A stretch of 61,478 bases of DNA, filler included, from Sphacelaria rigidula (GCA_964200075.2; 10 parts of 10 records of this genome joined end to end with filler, not necessarily neighbours in it); one strand, 5' to 3'. Positions 26,172-39,921 are shown, counted from the first letter of the whole stretch. A program made the numbers and translations. Notes: generated from the sequence alone by a model not told the origin.

Positions 26172-28230
26172 GGTAAGATCTATCCGTGACGTAGAGTCAT
26201 TGTATTACTACTGTAGCCGTGGTAAACTATAACAGGGGGTCCTAGAATGTCTTGCGTAGACAATGCACCCATCTAGTAGGCTATCCTTCACGTCTAACCA
26301 ATGCAAAAGATTGCCTGTGTCACAGCTACTCAGCGAAAAAGTGGCGTTGATATGCTGCGAATGGTGTACAGTATTCGTCAACTAGGGGTAGTTCTAGCTC
26401 ACCGTTGATGGTGGCCAGAACCTGCTTCGGGTCCGTGGAGAACAGTCCAGTGCTGAGAAAGCCCGGCAGGACGTCCACAAGTTCCCGTTCCTCCGACTCA
26501 CCCACCCATTTCATGTTTGTCCTATACGCTTACCTTGGAGGCGAGTGGGTCGAGCGGCACTGTTGCAACGTGCTGCACGGGGAGGAGTTGTGACGGGGAT
26601 CTATTCTACATGTGTTTGAGTCGACCTTCCGCTGCTCTCACGAGTATCTTACGGATCCGCGAGTTGGGAGGTCAGAGGCAGCGGTACGTGCATCGGGGGA
26701 ACCTTACTTTGAGCAGGGATGGTAGCGCAGAAACGCCTGCCGCGCTAAGGTGAAAAGAGTACCGTCTCACATGTCACCTTACGCTACAACATTACTGACA
26801 CATAGTTGACTAATGCCGAGATAGCCCCCCCACAAAAAGTGCACCGCCGCCGTCCAACAAACCGGGTGCGATCCTACTATTGGGCTTGTTTTCAGCAATT
26901 GCGCTCAGATGAAGGCGTGTAGCAGTCCGAAATCAGCTAAAACGCCCAAATGAGTCGCGTCGTGCAGCACGAAATCAGTTTTAACGGCATTTATCACCAT
27001 CGCCTCCGTGCACGTTTTTAGCCGGTTCGGGGGGGGGGCTATCTCGGCAGCAGTCAGTTACACCACCTTTTCCGATGTCTAGCAAAACTTCCATTGGCCG
27101 CGATTGGTGGAGCCACTGTCGATGCCCGATCTTGTTAGAAAATGAGGCTGTGGAGCCATGCCCTTCAACGCTTCGTATGTTATTGATTTTATATATATAT
27201 AATATGTAGTTTTGGGATCGCAGGTACCGGTCACGAAGGTTTGGTCTCATGTGGGGGCGTATAATGTGGGATAGCAGCTGTTATACATGAAGCACTCTTC
27301 TCTTGACCGTGTACCCCGGTGGGTTGTTTGTATTGTCTTGCCCACAAGCGGCACCTTGAACACTATCTCCAGCCTACACTCCGAAGCAGCCTGTCTGCTT
27401 GCTTGGCTTGACCGCCATTGCGCCAACTCTAGCGACCACGACAAAGGGGTTCCGAGTGAATCCTCCAACAGGTTTATTGAGCCTCGATTCGTGTTGGTGC
27501 TGACGGCGCGGACGTTGGACCTTGGAAGGAAGGAAGGAAGGAAGGAAGGAAGGGCAGCAGCAAAAGGACAGATCTTTGCTGGAAAACAACGTGAGTTGAG
27601 TCAAAGTAAGACGGCACTGTGTGTGCCTGGCACTACAACAGTGCGCTGCGTTACGATTGAGGACGGCACTCACTTTGTGCGCACCTGGCATCATCGCAGT
27701 ACGGAGATATCGCTGCGGTACGAAGTGATGGTTTTTGAAAAGCGGAACAATCGCAGGTGAACAGGAGTAGCTCTGCAACTGTGACGACACGCATCTACTC
27801 TCGACTGGCACTACAGCAGGGTACCACAACCTGAACCGAGCAGGGCGTGTGATCTATTCTTTGAGGAGACGACAACAGCGTGCGCAGCACCACGGCTGAC
27901 CTGCGGAAACAGTAACAGTCAGTAGCCGGATCCTTTTTCGGAAAGAAATTTTTCCGCGCCTACTAGAGAAGTGCACAACCGTACATTGTGTGTAAAACAT
28001 CTTGTACACTTAATTTTTATCTGTACCTCTCGTGCCGCCCCAATCCAGCGGCGTTGTGAGGGGCCGCTCTCGTGGTGGGGGACACATCTGGATTCGGTCC
28101 ATCTGCGTTCTTTTTTTCGCGACCTCCCTCGACAAGTCAAGCGGCGGTGATCAACGCCGATCGTCTGGTGCTATCGGAACACGTTATACTATACTCGTTA
28201 CGTTGGAGCCAAGCGACGAGGAGGATTATC

Positions 28231-30690
28231 ATGGCGGACAATGAGAGTATTCGTGCGGTACTTAAGTTGTGTACAAAATTTGATGGCAGAGAGAAGGCTA
28301 GTTTCCGAGAGTACCAAGACAAATTACGAGTGATCCTCTCTCTCCACCATAATGCGGCCGCAGAAATTCTGCAGGGGCGGCAGAGACCCGCACGCACCGT
28401 AATTGGTGATGCACCGTCAACCCGTGATACGGCAGCTTCACTGGCTTGGAATCGCGCAAACAATGACCTGTTCAGCATCTTATTTTTCACCACCGAAAAA
28501 TCAGCGAACAATACCGTGAGACGTTTCATGGGGAAAACCCAGGAAGACGGGGTTAGTAATGGCCAAGCAGCGTGGGCAGCGGTGCGAGAAAAATATGACG
28601 GCAACACAAAAGAGGCACGCAGGGAATTCCATGATAAACTCCACAGTACGACGTCGCAGTCAGGGGATGATCCGGAAGATTTTTTGTTTGTCATGGATGA
28701 TCACCGTGACCGCCTGGAGGAAATGGGGCAGTCCGTGCCTGACGAACGATATGAGGACATTATCCTTCGAGCCTTACCTGCCGAGTACGATAGGGTCCGC
28801 ATTGCTAGCTGTGAGAGGCGCGATTGTAATTTGTCGGACCTCAGATACATGGTCAGCACCATGTATGCTGACTACCTTTCAAGACCGGACGCCACCAACT
28901 CGGTCGCAGGCCGCAGGGTTGCTATGCAGGCTAGTGGACGGAATGATGGCAGTAAAAGAAATCAAGTAACATGCTACCACTGCGGAAAGCAAGGTCACGT
29001 ATATTGTCCCGCCCGAAGTGCGACCCGAGCACTGACAGGGGAAGACGGTCAGGACGGGGGAAACAATCGGAAGGTAGGCAGGTGGTGCTCTTTCGACAGG
29101 TCAACAACCCACAGCGAAGAAGAGTACCGTTCCTTGCAACATCGCAACCAGCAGACAGCCAATTTCGCACAATGGTCAGGGTATGCACCAGCCACCGGTA
29201 CAAGGGAGCACCCTCCCGCCATCTCTTTTAATGCCCTAAAAGCGCCCAAAGCGAACCATCCCCAAGCGGACAACCTTTGGCCTTTCGCTCTAACGAACAA
29301 ACCCGTTGCTTCTTTTGACAGCAGCGGCCTCTTCGGCGCCTTCGAAGGGGTCGACGGAAGAGGAGGCCGGGGGTCCGGGGTTCTGGCGCAGAGCTCGCAA
29401 CCTACTGCAGGGAATCAGGGAGACACTTTCCCCACTAGTGCGCGCGCTGGCCGTAATAGCCGTAGTCCACTACGTCTGGTTGATATTTGGGAGCTCATTA
29501 TACCCCCGGGCCACGTCGAACCCCGACGACACCGCTGAAATGTTTAGCGGAATCACCCATGCTGATGATGGGACGCAAGCTGCAGACGCCGCCACGCCGT
29601 GGCATCGGAGGATGGGACACTTGAACAGCAATAGTTTGCATCTTCTCAAAAACGTCGGAAGCAACGGGGTGGATTTCGGTGGAGCAGTTCCGGACTGTGA
29701 TATTTATGCTGTTGGGAAAAGTCATCAACTGGCCCACCCGAAAAAAGCCAACAACAAAGTGCAACGCTCTTTTCAACTAGTCATGACAGATTTGATGGGA
29801 CCCATCATGCCGGAGGCGCTGGGAGGCTTCAAGTACGTCTGCAAGATCTCCGATGAGTATACCAGATGGACAGAGATTTACCTCCGAAACCCAAGGACGG
29901 CACTCTTCATGCATTTCAGTCCTACGCACAGTCGATAGTCGTTCCTGGTGGTGTTCGGGTCGAACGACTAAGGGCAGACAAAGGCGGTGGGTTCATTGGC
30001 AACGAGTTCAAGTCGTACTGCCGACAGACAGGCATATTGCTAGAGTTTGCAAACACCAACATACACAACAACAAATCGGCCTGTCAGAGCGCGTAGGAAG
30101 GACGCTTGCAGCCATGGTCCGGTGCATGCTTGCTGACAGTGGTTTGCCGACTTTTCTCTGGGGGGAATTGATGTTCACAGCGGCCTATCTTGCAAACAGA
30201 TCACCGCATTCGGCGCTTGCAATGTAGTCGCCTCATAAGATGCTGAAGGGGACAGAACCGGATCTCAAACACCTTCAAGTCGTCGAAGCCAGGGCTTTCG
30301 TACATATCGAGCGGCATACTTCGAAACTTGCTCTCAAAGCAGTTGAAGGACGACTAGTTGGGTACAGTAATGACAGTAATAGCTACCGAGTCTACAACCC
30401 GGCCACACGACGTATCATTGAGAGCAGGAACGTCGTCTCCATCGAGACTCCGACACACCTTACCCCGACGGGAGAGCCAAAACTTCGGATACACCCATTT
30501 TCACTTGGTGACCAGGACTCCAACAACAGAGAGGTCCACAATTGTGTCACCGACGACGACTTATTCCGTGATCTTCGCGATCACACCTCCGTACTAGCTC
30601 AACCGGCTCACGCCTCCGTTGATCATATCACTGCCAGCGGGATCTCTAACGATCCACAGGTGGCCGAGCTTCTGGAGAGAATCAGCGCCA
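28231..30690 (+). mobile_element. Ty1/Copia gag-pol (gag, zinc knuckle, GAG-pre-integrase, integrase, SH3-like region); frameshifted, truncated by contig end before RT
   Basis: Gag with GQAAWAAVREKY and DIILRALPAEYD; CYHCGKQGH knuckle; WHRRMGHLN...CDIYAVGKSHQ; LVMTDLMGP, RLRADKGGGF, GLSERVGRTL; GRLVGYSNDSNSYRVYNP...IIESRNV. Confidence 0.95.
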
Positions 30691-30790
30691 NNNNNNNNNN
30701 NNNNNNNNNNNNNNNNNNNNNNNNNNNNNNNNNNTTAATTAATTAANNNNNNNNNNNNNNNNNNNNNNNNNNNNNNNNNNNNNNNNNNNN

Positions 30791-30840
30791 AGGGAGGCGT
30801 GGCCAAGGTACAAACGACAAAGGCAACAAACAAATGAGTA
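30791..30840 (+). mobile_element. LINE 3' terminus followed by poly(C)
   Basis: Matches 45700-45750 (GCGTGG...AAACGAC...GGCAA...CAAATGAGTA), then a C18 run. Confidence 0.7.
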
Positions 30841-31419
30841 CCCCCCCCCCCCCCCCCCTCCCTCTCTCCGTTTCCCGCCGAGATACGACCATCTCAATTT
30901 ATATCGTCGAATTATGATAGTCTTATCTCGGCAGCAAAGAAACGAAGTGGCGATAGGCTCGCGATGGGTCGACGAGTATCTTGCATGTGTCCAACTTTAG
31001 AATCTTGACTCGAAAAAACCAGGGGTTTACACGTTACACGTGCCACAACGATACACGTCACGTTCACGTTATGTTTTGGCCGAAACATAACGTGAACGTT
31101 TTTTTTTTCACGTGATGAACGTAACGTTAATTTTAAGAAATGAAACGTTCACGGAACGTTCAATTTTTTTAACTTGCCAAACGAAACGTAACGTGGACGT
31201 TAAATTCCCCAAGTGTTCAAAACACGGAACACGAAACGCTTCATGGAACGTGTAGCGTCTATTACACGTTACACGTGCATTGGACGCTACACGTTACATG
31301 GAACGCCATAAATACGTTACATGAAGCGGTGCACACTTCAAGTTTGCAATGATTTTTGAAATCCGAGGAGACAAAGTAACCACTATACAACGGTACATGC
31401 ACAGGCCGTGTATTTTGCT

Positions 31420-31710
31420 ATCAGTACGAGGTTACAAGCACAGGCTGTACTTTGCAAACACAGTGCAAGTGCAGGCTGTAGGCTGTACTTGTAACCTTGT
31501 ACTACTGTATTTCCGACTACAGGCTGTACTCTGCAGCACAGTAATGCAAGGTTACACGTACAGCCTGCGCTTCGCACGCTGCAAGTACAGTAGTGCAAGG
31601 TTACAAGTATGGGCTGTACTCGCGAACAAAGTACGAGGTGGTTGCCGTACTTTGTGCAAATGCAACAGACAGTAGTAGTACAAGGGTGCAAGTACACCCT
31701 GTACTTTGCA
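31420..31710 (+). repeat. Degenerate minisatellite (GCAAGGTTACAAGTACAGGCTGTACT-like units, mixed orientation)
   Basis: At least five recognisable units. Confidence 0.7.
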
Positions 31711-32007
31711 TAAACAATAGTATGATGTGGTCAATCATTTTTTCGCGACAACGGGAGGCAGGCTCGCATCTAGCAGCGGTTATGTCGGCAATGTCTTCAC
31801 TTTTACACGGTCTTGACTGTAAAGTTCAAGGCTACATGTAGATGCACGTACATGGTGGTTCATGTAGATGCAGAGGATATGACTTCTGCCTGCACTACGG
31901 TACATGTGCAGACTCTACTTCGTTTGTCATATTCAAAACAAGTGGGCTCCCGAACTATAGAAGACGACACAAGGTCGGTCACAATGAAAGGTGTGGGTGG
32001 ATTTGTA

Positions 32008-33986
32008 CAGGGCTCTTTACTTTACACGTCACACGTTCGTTACACGTCACAAACGTCACGTCACAACGGTGTGACGTGACGTGGCGTGACGTATTTTTGT
32101 CGAAGGCGTCACAAGTGTGACGGTCGTGACGTGACGGTGAAAATTTGTGACGTCACGTGCCATATCATTTTTGAAAGACAAATTTGTCACGTGACGTCAC
32201 GTGACATTTTTTATTGAGACGTCACATCAACGTATTTTGAACGTTTCTTGTAACGTGTAGCGTAATCTATACGTTACATGTTTGTGACCTCTAAACGAAC
32301 GTCACAAACGTCACACGCTTAAATTGTATCACAATTAGTATGAGATTCGTGGGTACGTGCATGTACATATATCGTACATGATACTCGTATGATATGATCA
32401 ATGGGTTCATGAGCGTGTGTATACGTCATCATAATACGCACGCTATGTAAGCGCATGTTCAGCGCCGTAGCACGCATTGCCGCACCACACCCAACCATGG
32501 AACACGTGGATACCTACAAACGTAGAAGCGAATATCGAAAATCCGACAGCACGGGTTTCGAATTTCCGAATTTCCGAATTTCAAACTTCGATAACACAGA
32601 CGGGGCGAGAGCGACGTGTAACGTAACAAGTGACAAGCGACGAGATACCGTAACGATGAGCGCGGTCCAGGGTTCCACTTCAGAGTATGGCATGGCAGAG
32701 AGAGAGGATGCCGCAGGAGAGGGTAGTGCAGCAGCGGGGGCTGCTGGACCAGAGGGGGCTGCTGGACCAGAGGGGGCTGCTGGACCAGGGGGGGGCGCAG
32801 CAGCAGGGGGGGTGGTCTCCCGGCGAACAATGGGCACGCTCGCGATACTGGAACTTTTCAAATTTAAAGAATCAAAGATCGCTTCGCATAAGGATGGATT
32901 TACCCTGAAAAACCCTGTGCTGTCCAGGCCGGTTCCGACGGATCGTAAAGTATCTATCTTCACCCAGTGTTGCATGTGCGCGGCATTTGGATCGCCATCC
33001 TGGGAGTTGACAGGGGTCTTCCGCGTTCGGACGGCGTTCTTGAGAGTTCTGCACAGACAGCATTACATATACGTGAAAAGATGTGTTGGGACTGGAGTGG
33101 CACCTGCGCACGGGGGGTGTCCAGGTTGATGGTCCTGTGTTGGAACTGCGCAGGGTTTTCACAGTTTTGCTACGCTGTAGACTGTAGGGGTTGCTTACAG
33201 GGATGCCACAGTGGCTTGATCCTGTGAGGGACCTGCGCAGGGACTCACAGCACAAAAGCCTGTCCAGGACTTTTGCATGTTGCTACGATGTAACAGGACC
33301 GGGATCCTGTGCACAGAGGCCACCCAGAAGTTAGGATACTATGCAGGTTTTCCACAGTGAGAGCACAGGCTTCAATGCCTGTCGCAAGCCCGTGACTGGC
33401 CTGCACATTTAGCGCCACTGCACAGGCCTCTGCAGGGTTCTGCAGGGGAAACCTTTGCCCACCTGTGTGCTCTTGAAGGATGATTCACTGTCTGCCTGTT
33501 CTTCGGCTTCACTGTGATACCACACCCCTGCAGAAAATGACCCTCCGTTTACACGTTGAAATTGCAACGTGTGAGTCAGGAACGCATTAGTGATACACTA
33601 GCTGAAAAGCATTCTTACAACGTCAAAATAGAGATCAGAACGCGCCTCATGCTCGAACAAGGCAGCCACCGTGAACCTCCCGTACCAAGTTGCGCTACAT
33701 GAAACGTTACAACGTCGTACGTAGCGTTCATTTGCCCTCAACACGGTTGAATTTTAACGTTTTTCTTGACGTCACACGTCACAAACGTAACGTATTTTTA
33801 CCTCACGTCACAATAAACGTTTCAAAATACGTTACTGTGACGTGAAGTGACGTATAATTCTTCAAGGTTTCACAAGTGTGACGTGACTTGACGTGATGTT
33901 TTCAAATTGTTCCGTGATGTGACGTATTATTGTCAAGACGTCACAAAGTGTGACGTGACGTGTAACGTGTAACGTAAAGAGCCTTC
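32008..33986 (+). mobile_element. Second hAT-like element nested in the first, with probable transposase remnants
   Basis: TIR CAGGGCTCTTTACKTTACACGT; degenerate 8-bp TSD GATTTGTA/GGTTTTTA. Ala/Gly-rich ORF start at ~32655-33030 with CxxC; RISDTLAEK...RQN at ~33583-33630 resembles the hAT C-terminal dimerisation region. Confidence 0.75.
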
Positions 33987-35187
33987 GGTTTTTAGTTCCC
34001 CCCACATGGGGGATACATGGGAGGATATAATTTTTCTGCTAGATGAATACATGGATTGCCTTGACCGCGTTGTAAGCCTGTCATACATATATATCTATGC
34101 ATACATACGTACGCCTGCCTTCGACGAACGTGATGAACCATATTAATTGTTCATGTATACATGTATACATATATAGAATCAAGGGTACCCGATATAGTTT
34201 TGTCTGCGAAGTGCCACGGCGACTCAACCCGGCGTTCAATCACGTTTACGATCTGTTGTGTGTACAGCATGTGTTGTTGTGCGAATAAATTAGCATTTGA
34301 AAATTGGAAACTCAAACAAAAATGAAAAGAAAATAGAAGATATGAAGAAATTACGGTAAAAAACGAATGCACGATACGCTGTAGAGAAAGTAACGTTACA
34401 CAATCAGACAATGCGCCTACGCTCAAACATACGATGACTCACCGTCAGCGTCATGTACACGGTAACGTTACGCGTTACACGACACGTTACAACGCCTGAA
34501 ACACCGGTGAACGAGCCGCGACATGCACAGAATGAAACGTTACATTCGAACGTTACACGTGTCCACGTAACGTTATACTAGACGTTACACGTTACATGAA
34601 ACGTTTCATATACGTTACATGTAACGTAAGGTAACGTCCTTTTTTTTTCATGATAAACGTAACGTGAACGTAACGTTGAATCTTGAAATGAAACGTTGAC
34701 GGAACGTTTTTTTTTTGTACGTGACATACGTCACGTAACGTGAAAATTAAATGTTAGAAACGTGATGAACGTAACGTGAGCGTAAACGTGTAACGTGTGG
34801 ACCCCTGGAAAAAACGAGTCGTGTGTTGCGATTTTGGCGAATATCCCCGCCTGTTGGCCGACCCAGCTTGTACACGATGTACATATTCTTTTGAAAGGTT
34901 TACGTATTCCAACTTTTTGTTGTTCGTCGATGAGCCTCTCTTATGGACACCTCCATACCCCCTATCCCCACGGCAGCCGACTCCGTTCTGTAATCTAGTG
35001 ATCTCCGGCCGTAACACTGTCTCAAAGCAGGCGAGGGTGCTTTGTTGTTGTCGCTGCAAATGAGGGCATAGTACCGTGGTTGTGTAGTGTCGGTTGGCTA
35101 CTAAAGCATGGCCCATATTTCGTTCATGTGGTTTGAGGTACGACTGCATCGCGTCCCCTTGTGATGTCCTGAAGCATGAATGGATGT

Positions 35188-36660
35188 CAGGGATGTGTAC
35201 GGAGGACAATCCGCTCCGCGGTGCGGGTTCTTTTTTTCAACCTCACGAAGCGGATATCCGCATGTGCGAAAAATTAAGGATCATGACGGAGCGGATACCC
35301 GCGATTGAAAATGTCACGGATTATTGCGGAGCGGATACCCGGCCATCATTATGTCACGGAGCGGTGCGAATGTTTCGAACATGGTGTTGAGCGGAGCGGA
35401 TATCCTCTAGTGGCAAAAATCACGGATTGTCACGGAGCGGATATCTGCCCGCCACAAGAGCACGTATTATTGTGGAGCGGATGTCCGTCGTATGGATTTG
35501 TTCACGGAGCAGATTGTCCCCCTCCGTGGAACAAGCCGCACAAACCGCGGCATCTCCCCACGGTGCACCGTGGCAACATTCCGTTAAAATGACACGGTTA
35601 TCTGCCAAAATTGTATGGATATCCGCGGATAAATACCAAGAATTACGAACGGAGGCGTTTAGTTGGGACTTCCAGATTCTGGGCAGGGGGAAGGGCGGAA
35701 AAAGTGCTCCACATACAACGTCGCGTCGCGTGTCGAACTCATGGAAATATAGCCACATCCCTGAGATGACCCTAGCACCAGCGTCCACCGCCACATTGAA
35801 CACCGTGCGTCGAACGCTTTTCACGGTCTTGGCGGGAGGTGTGGGGATGGGCACAGTTGAGTCGGAAGAGTTCTTACGTGAAGGAGAAGGTGGAGGAGAA
35901 TTGGAACCGGGTGTGGAGGTGGACGTGCACCTCCACCTCACCGTCTGAAGTAGGAGACTGCTCGGCACTGTTTTCGTTATTGGAATCCATGGCATCAACC
36001 ATCCAAGGTCCGCGCACCGCCTCCGTGTTTGCATTACGCTTTCCAGTTTGAGGTGCACGCGTGTGTGTGCTTGTGTCGTGCAAACCGCGGTTGTTGTGAT
36101 CCGCAGCAGAATTTCAGAACCGCATCGGTCAGTTGCTCATCAAGAACAATATCTTTTGATAATTCGAATTCCAAGTTATCGGGCATTTGGAACAATTTCG
36201 TCCGTGGAAATCCGTGGCTTTCCAGCGGTTCGATCCGCAAGTTACGCTACGGAGAACGCATGGATGGACTACGGAGTGGATAGAACTGCTCCATAGAAAA
36301 ACCGCGTTTCACGGTTCCAACCGCGCAGCTGTAATCCATACGGAGCGTTTTTTTATTTGTCACGGAGCGCGGCGGATATCCGTACACCGAAAAACTCGCG
36401 GATTATTGCGGAGCGGATATCTGGCCTTGATTATGTCACAGAGCGGATCGAATTTTTAGAATATGGTACGGAGCGGAATCCCCCCCCCCCCCCCCCCCCC
36501 CACCAACCCCCCCCCGACACCCCCCCCACACCNNNNNNNNNNGGGCGGGGCCCCCCCCCCCCCCCCCCCCCCCTACAAATGCCACAGAGCGGTGCGGTTT
36601 GACAAACCGCACTCTAATAACCCGCCCAGCTCACTTATTCTTAATCCGTGCACATCCCTG
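35188..36660 (-). mobile_element. hAT-like deletion derivative with transposase N-terminal remnant
   Basis: TIR CAGGGATGTGYACGGA; many CGGAGCGGAT subterminal motifs; minus-strand SGMWLYF...VVC resembles the start of a BED finger. TSD is weak (4/8). Confidence 0.7.
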
Positions 36661-36779
36661 ATGAAAACATACTACGTGGTGAATATGTCCCCCCACACGA
36701 GTCGGTCATTCTTCTTTTAAACAGTTCGAGCCACGTTTCCAAGGGTCACTGCTCACATCCATCATACTCCAGGATCCCA

Positions 36780-36848
36780 CGAGCTGGGTCAGCTTCAAAG
36801 CTGCTAAAAGTTGCTCACACCACAGCTTCCCCAGTTTCCCGAATGAAC
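36780..36848 (-). mobile_element. End of a CGAGCTGGGCCAGC-family MITE, cut by contig end
   Basis: Matches 41558-41626. Confidence 0.75.
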
Positions 36849-36948
36849 NNNNNNNNNNNNNNNNNNNNNNNNNNNNNNNNNNNNNNNNNNNNTTAATTAA
36901 TTAANNNNNNNNNNNNNNNNNNNNNNNNNNNNNNNNNNNNNNNNNNNN

Positions 36949-37008
36949 GCATTTGGATGACAGCCTACAATGAGTTGCTTTATTTCCTGGTACTGCCACT
37001 TCCTGAGA
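36949..37008 (-). mobile_element. Family F fragment, 5'-truncated against a G/C tract
   Basis: Matches 12387-12448; followed on + by GGGGGGTGGGGGGTGGGGG. Confidence 0.7.
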
Positions 37009-39576
37009 AGGGGGGTGGGGGGTGGGGGGAAGGTTACAGTCCCGAGTGCTTACATCATGCACAGCACGGGTATTTGCCTAAATTGGCGGTTCCTTCCCCG
37101 AGGATTCTCGGTACCTCTTGGGGTTGAGGCTAGATCGTGCCTTTTTAGGACCGGAGAACAAAGAAAAAAAAAAACGACAGAGCATTGCAGACGCGTCCGA
37201 AAGCAGCATCGTGTTGATTGGTCATGACATCACGCGGCGGGATGACGGCCAATAAAAATCCTGCTTTTGAATGCTTGCTTTTGCTCTTGTGCCGTTTTGA
37301 TCAGTCCGTTAGGGTGAGATGCTCTGACACAGATCACGATTTTTTTTCGCAACAACAGCACTCGTAGATTATGACCATATTCCCATCACTCTATGGCCCC
37401 AAACCTCCGAGTCACGTTGATTGTTGCACCAATGAATTTCCTTTCGATATAATTTTCAGTGGCCAAACTAGGATCCATCTGAGAGACTTTCGCGCCCACG
37501 AGGTCGCAGAGAATGCTGCTCTCACAATACAGTACGTCTACAGCGAAGTCCCTGGGGGTGACACCGGTAAATTTTGCAATAAACAACACAGAATTCACAC
37601 GTCGGACAATCCAACTCATATAACTGGCTCAGTTTAACCGCATAGCTAAGCGGTACCGTTTTCCCCTTCTGATAGCTGAGTTGTGTGCTATAACTCACCG
37701 GGAAATTTTGCACTGGATGGGCTTTCCCACAGTAAATGGGGTGTCTCATGACTTCTCTGACGTAAAAAAGTTTTGTTGCAAAGGGTTAGACATAATTACG
37801 TTCATGCCAAAAATTAAGACACCGTGATTGACGTTGCAAGACATGTAATACCTTTGATAACTTCGGTTCAAAATATCGCGTTAGACTCAACTTTTCAAGA
37901 CCTGTCCGTACCACGGTACGTTACGGTTTCTTGTATTGGTACACCACTTCTGTCTGTCCCGAGATAAAACAAAATCATCACACCCATCAACTCGGACGCT
38001 ACGTTGTAGGTCTCAACTTACCCAACCACGCAGAACATGCACGCGATCGGTACGTGACACAGCGGGCCGTTACAAAAATGTTTTTCGAGGCATGACGTCG
38101 ATGCCGTGAATTGCACGACGTGATATGAGCTGGATCATGTTACACATGAGTATCTCTTCAACGGACTGAGCGTCCTGCAGTTGGTCGAGAGTGAACTTCA
38201 TGATTCGCTCTGACTCTACCGATTCTTCTTTCTCTTGCTTGTATCAACATCGGGTGCTTCCACAGCTACCCGCCACCATCATACTCGAATATCGGAGATC
38301 CATGTGGCAAGTGGCAAGACACTACAGAACGCGTAGAAGGTCTCCCATAAAACCTGGAGGGGCATCTCGTCAGTGAAACTGCTTCAGGCATTGTTCGACT
38401 ATTCCGGTACTCTGGTGTTGAAGATTTTTAATAAACAAGGCCAATGCAGCAACAGCAACAAAAACACCGTTTTCATCACACGGCTAAGAGCTTTCATTCC
38501 AGCCGCTCCTTGACTGGTTCGGCGAAGTATTCCTCAGGAAACACAACTCCGTAAAATAGATAATGATTTATTTCACACACTGGAAAATGGCAATATAGTC
38601 TTTTGTGAGAAAATGTACCGCGTACAACAGTATGGCATCTATTGCCTGTGTCAACAGGCGCAGTAGTCGATGCTGTACGCAGTACACTTTTTGACTGGGT
38701 ATTATTTTGTCCAGGATATGAATGATTTCCCCTCCATCGGATTTTCACTCGCAATTAGATGCTAGACACCCGATCTGACGAACACTCCGTTGTATTCGGT
38801 GACTCCGGAGTGGACTCGACTACACTCAGGTACAGCTTGTATTCGCCACACAGTGATGCGCCACGCGAAAACTACCCCCCTCCCCCCCCAAAAGGGCTGG
38901 TCTGAGGGGATAACATCTACATGGGAATCAAAATGACAAATGAGCATACCGAGCAGCCGGGAACTCCCATGCTTGGGAATCGTTTTCGCCGATGTCAAGT
39001 CCAGAGAAAAGTCACGGGTTTATGTAAATTTGACTATTTTTTACCGTTCTAGGACAAAAAGTCTTGTTTTTGCAAAAATGGAAACTGCTGCCACCGGAAA
39101 ACGGGAATGTGTCCTGGAACCGCCTCAACTAGTAGAACAAGTCATTCCAAGGTGCCAAACTCCGCCTAGCTCTCTTTCAGGGCGTAAAACGGCCTGAAAA
39201 CTTCAAAAAGGCTTCATCCACATTTCCATTCTTGTCTGTTACTGGGAGCGACCCAAGGATGAAAACTCTCATTTTTTGTTCCGCGAGGAAGTACGGCGCA
39301 AACAATTACATCCCGATCGGCAAAAAGAAATTCCGCGTTGTCACATGGTTGTGATGTTTAACCGCTGGAAACGTGTCCTCAGTGCTTCGAAGCATACCCC
39401 GTCATCTACACACACGCTGAACGCCTCATCCCTTCAGGGGAAGCCTCAGTTTACCATAGTTTGAAGCAGTGCTTCTCCAGTGACGTACGTTGCTACAATA
39501 TTGGGCGAGCAACCGTCAGTAGACGCCTCTTGAAACCTCGAGGTTCCCGGTATATTCAGTAATAGTAGAATATACT

Positions 39577-39921
39577 CGGTCGTCCGGGTGGCTCAGTTTG
39601 AAACTTCAAAACCTTCCGACGGTTGGGCCGTGGGTTCGAATCTCGGAGCGATCTGGGATTTTTTCTCATGCCCAAGGGTCAAGAGCGACCATGTCGTGAG
39701 TACACACAAATCGACTTGACGGTCGACGAGGGAAAGGGACTGCCGAACCCCTGTCGCGATAACAAATAAAAGGGTGAGCACGGCAGAAGGAAGGTGGGAG
39801 TACTACAAACAAATAAACAAGAAAAAACTCTTGCGTTTCCTTTCTTTCTGTGTGACCCACTTATACCGAAAGGTGTAGACCGGCGTCCAGAATTGATGGG
39901 ATGACAACAAACACACACACA
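39577..39921 (+). mobile_element. tRNA-derived SINE, family A
   Basis: TGGCTCAGTTTG A box, GGTTCGAATCT B box; same body, hairpin and (CA)n tail as 3946-4297. Confidence 0.85.

Larger units (their letters stand above)
31020..34807. mobile_element. hAT-superfamily non-autonomous element (3788 bp including a nested insert)
   Basis: TIR CAGGGGTYYACACGTTACACG at both ends; perfect 8-bp TSD GAAAAAAC (31012-31019 and 34808-34815); ACGT-rich subterminal arrays. Confidence 0.92.

Noticed and set aside
28072..28230. ORF-track start for the 488-aa ORF
   Set aside because: Begins at GTG; the plausible gag start is the ATG at 28231, and the C-terminal part of that ORF is out of frame with pol.
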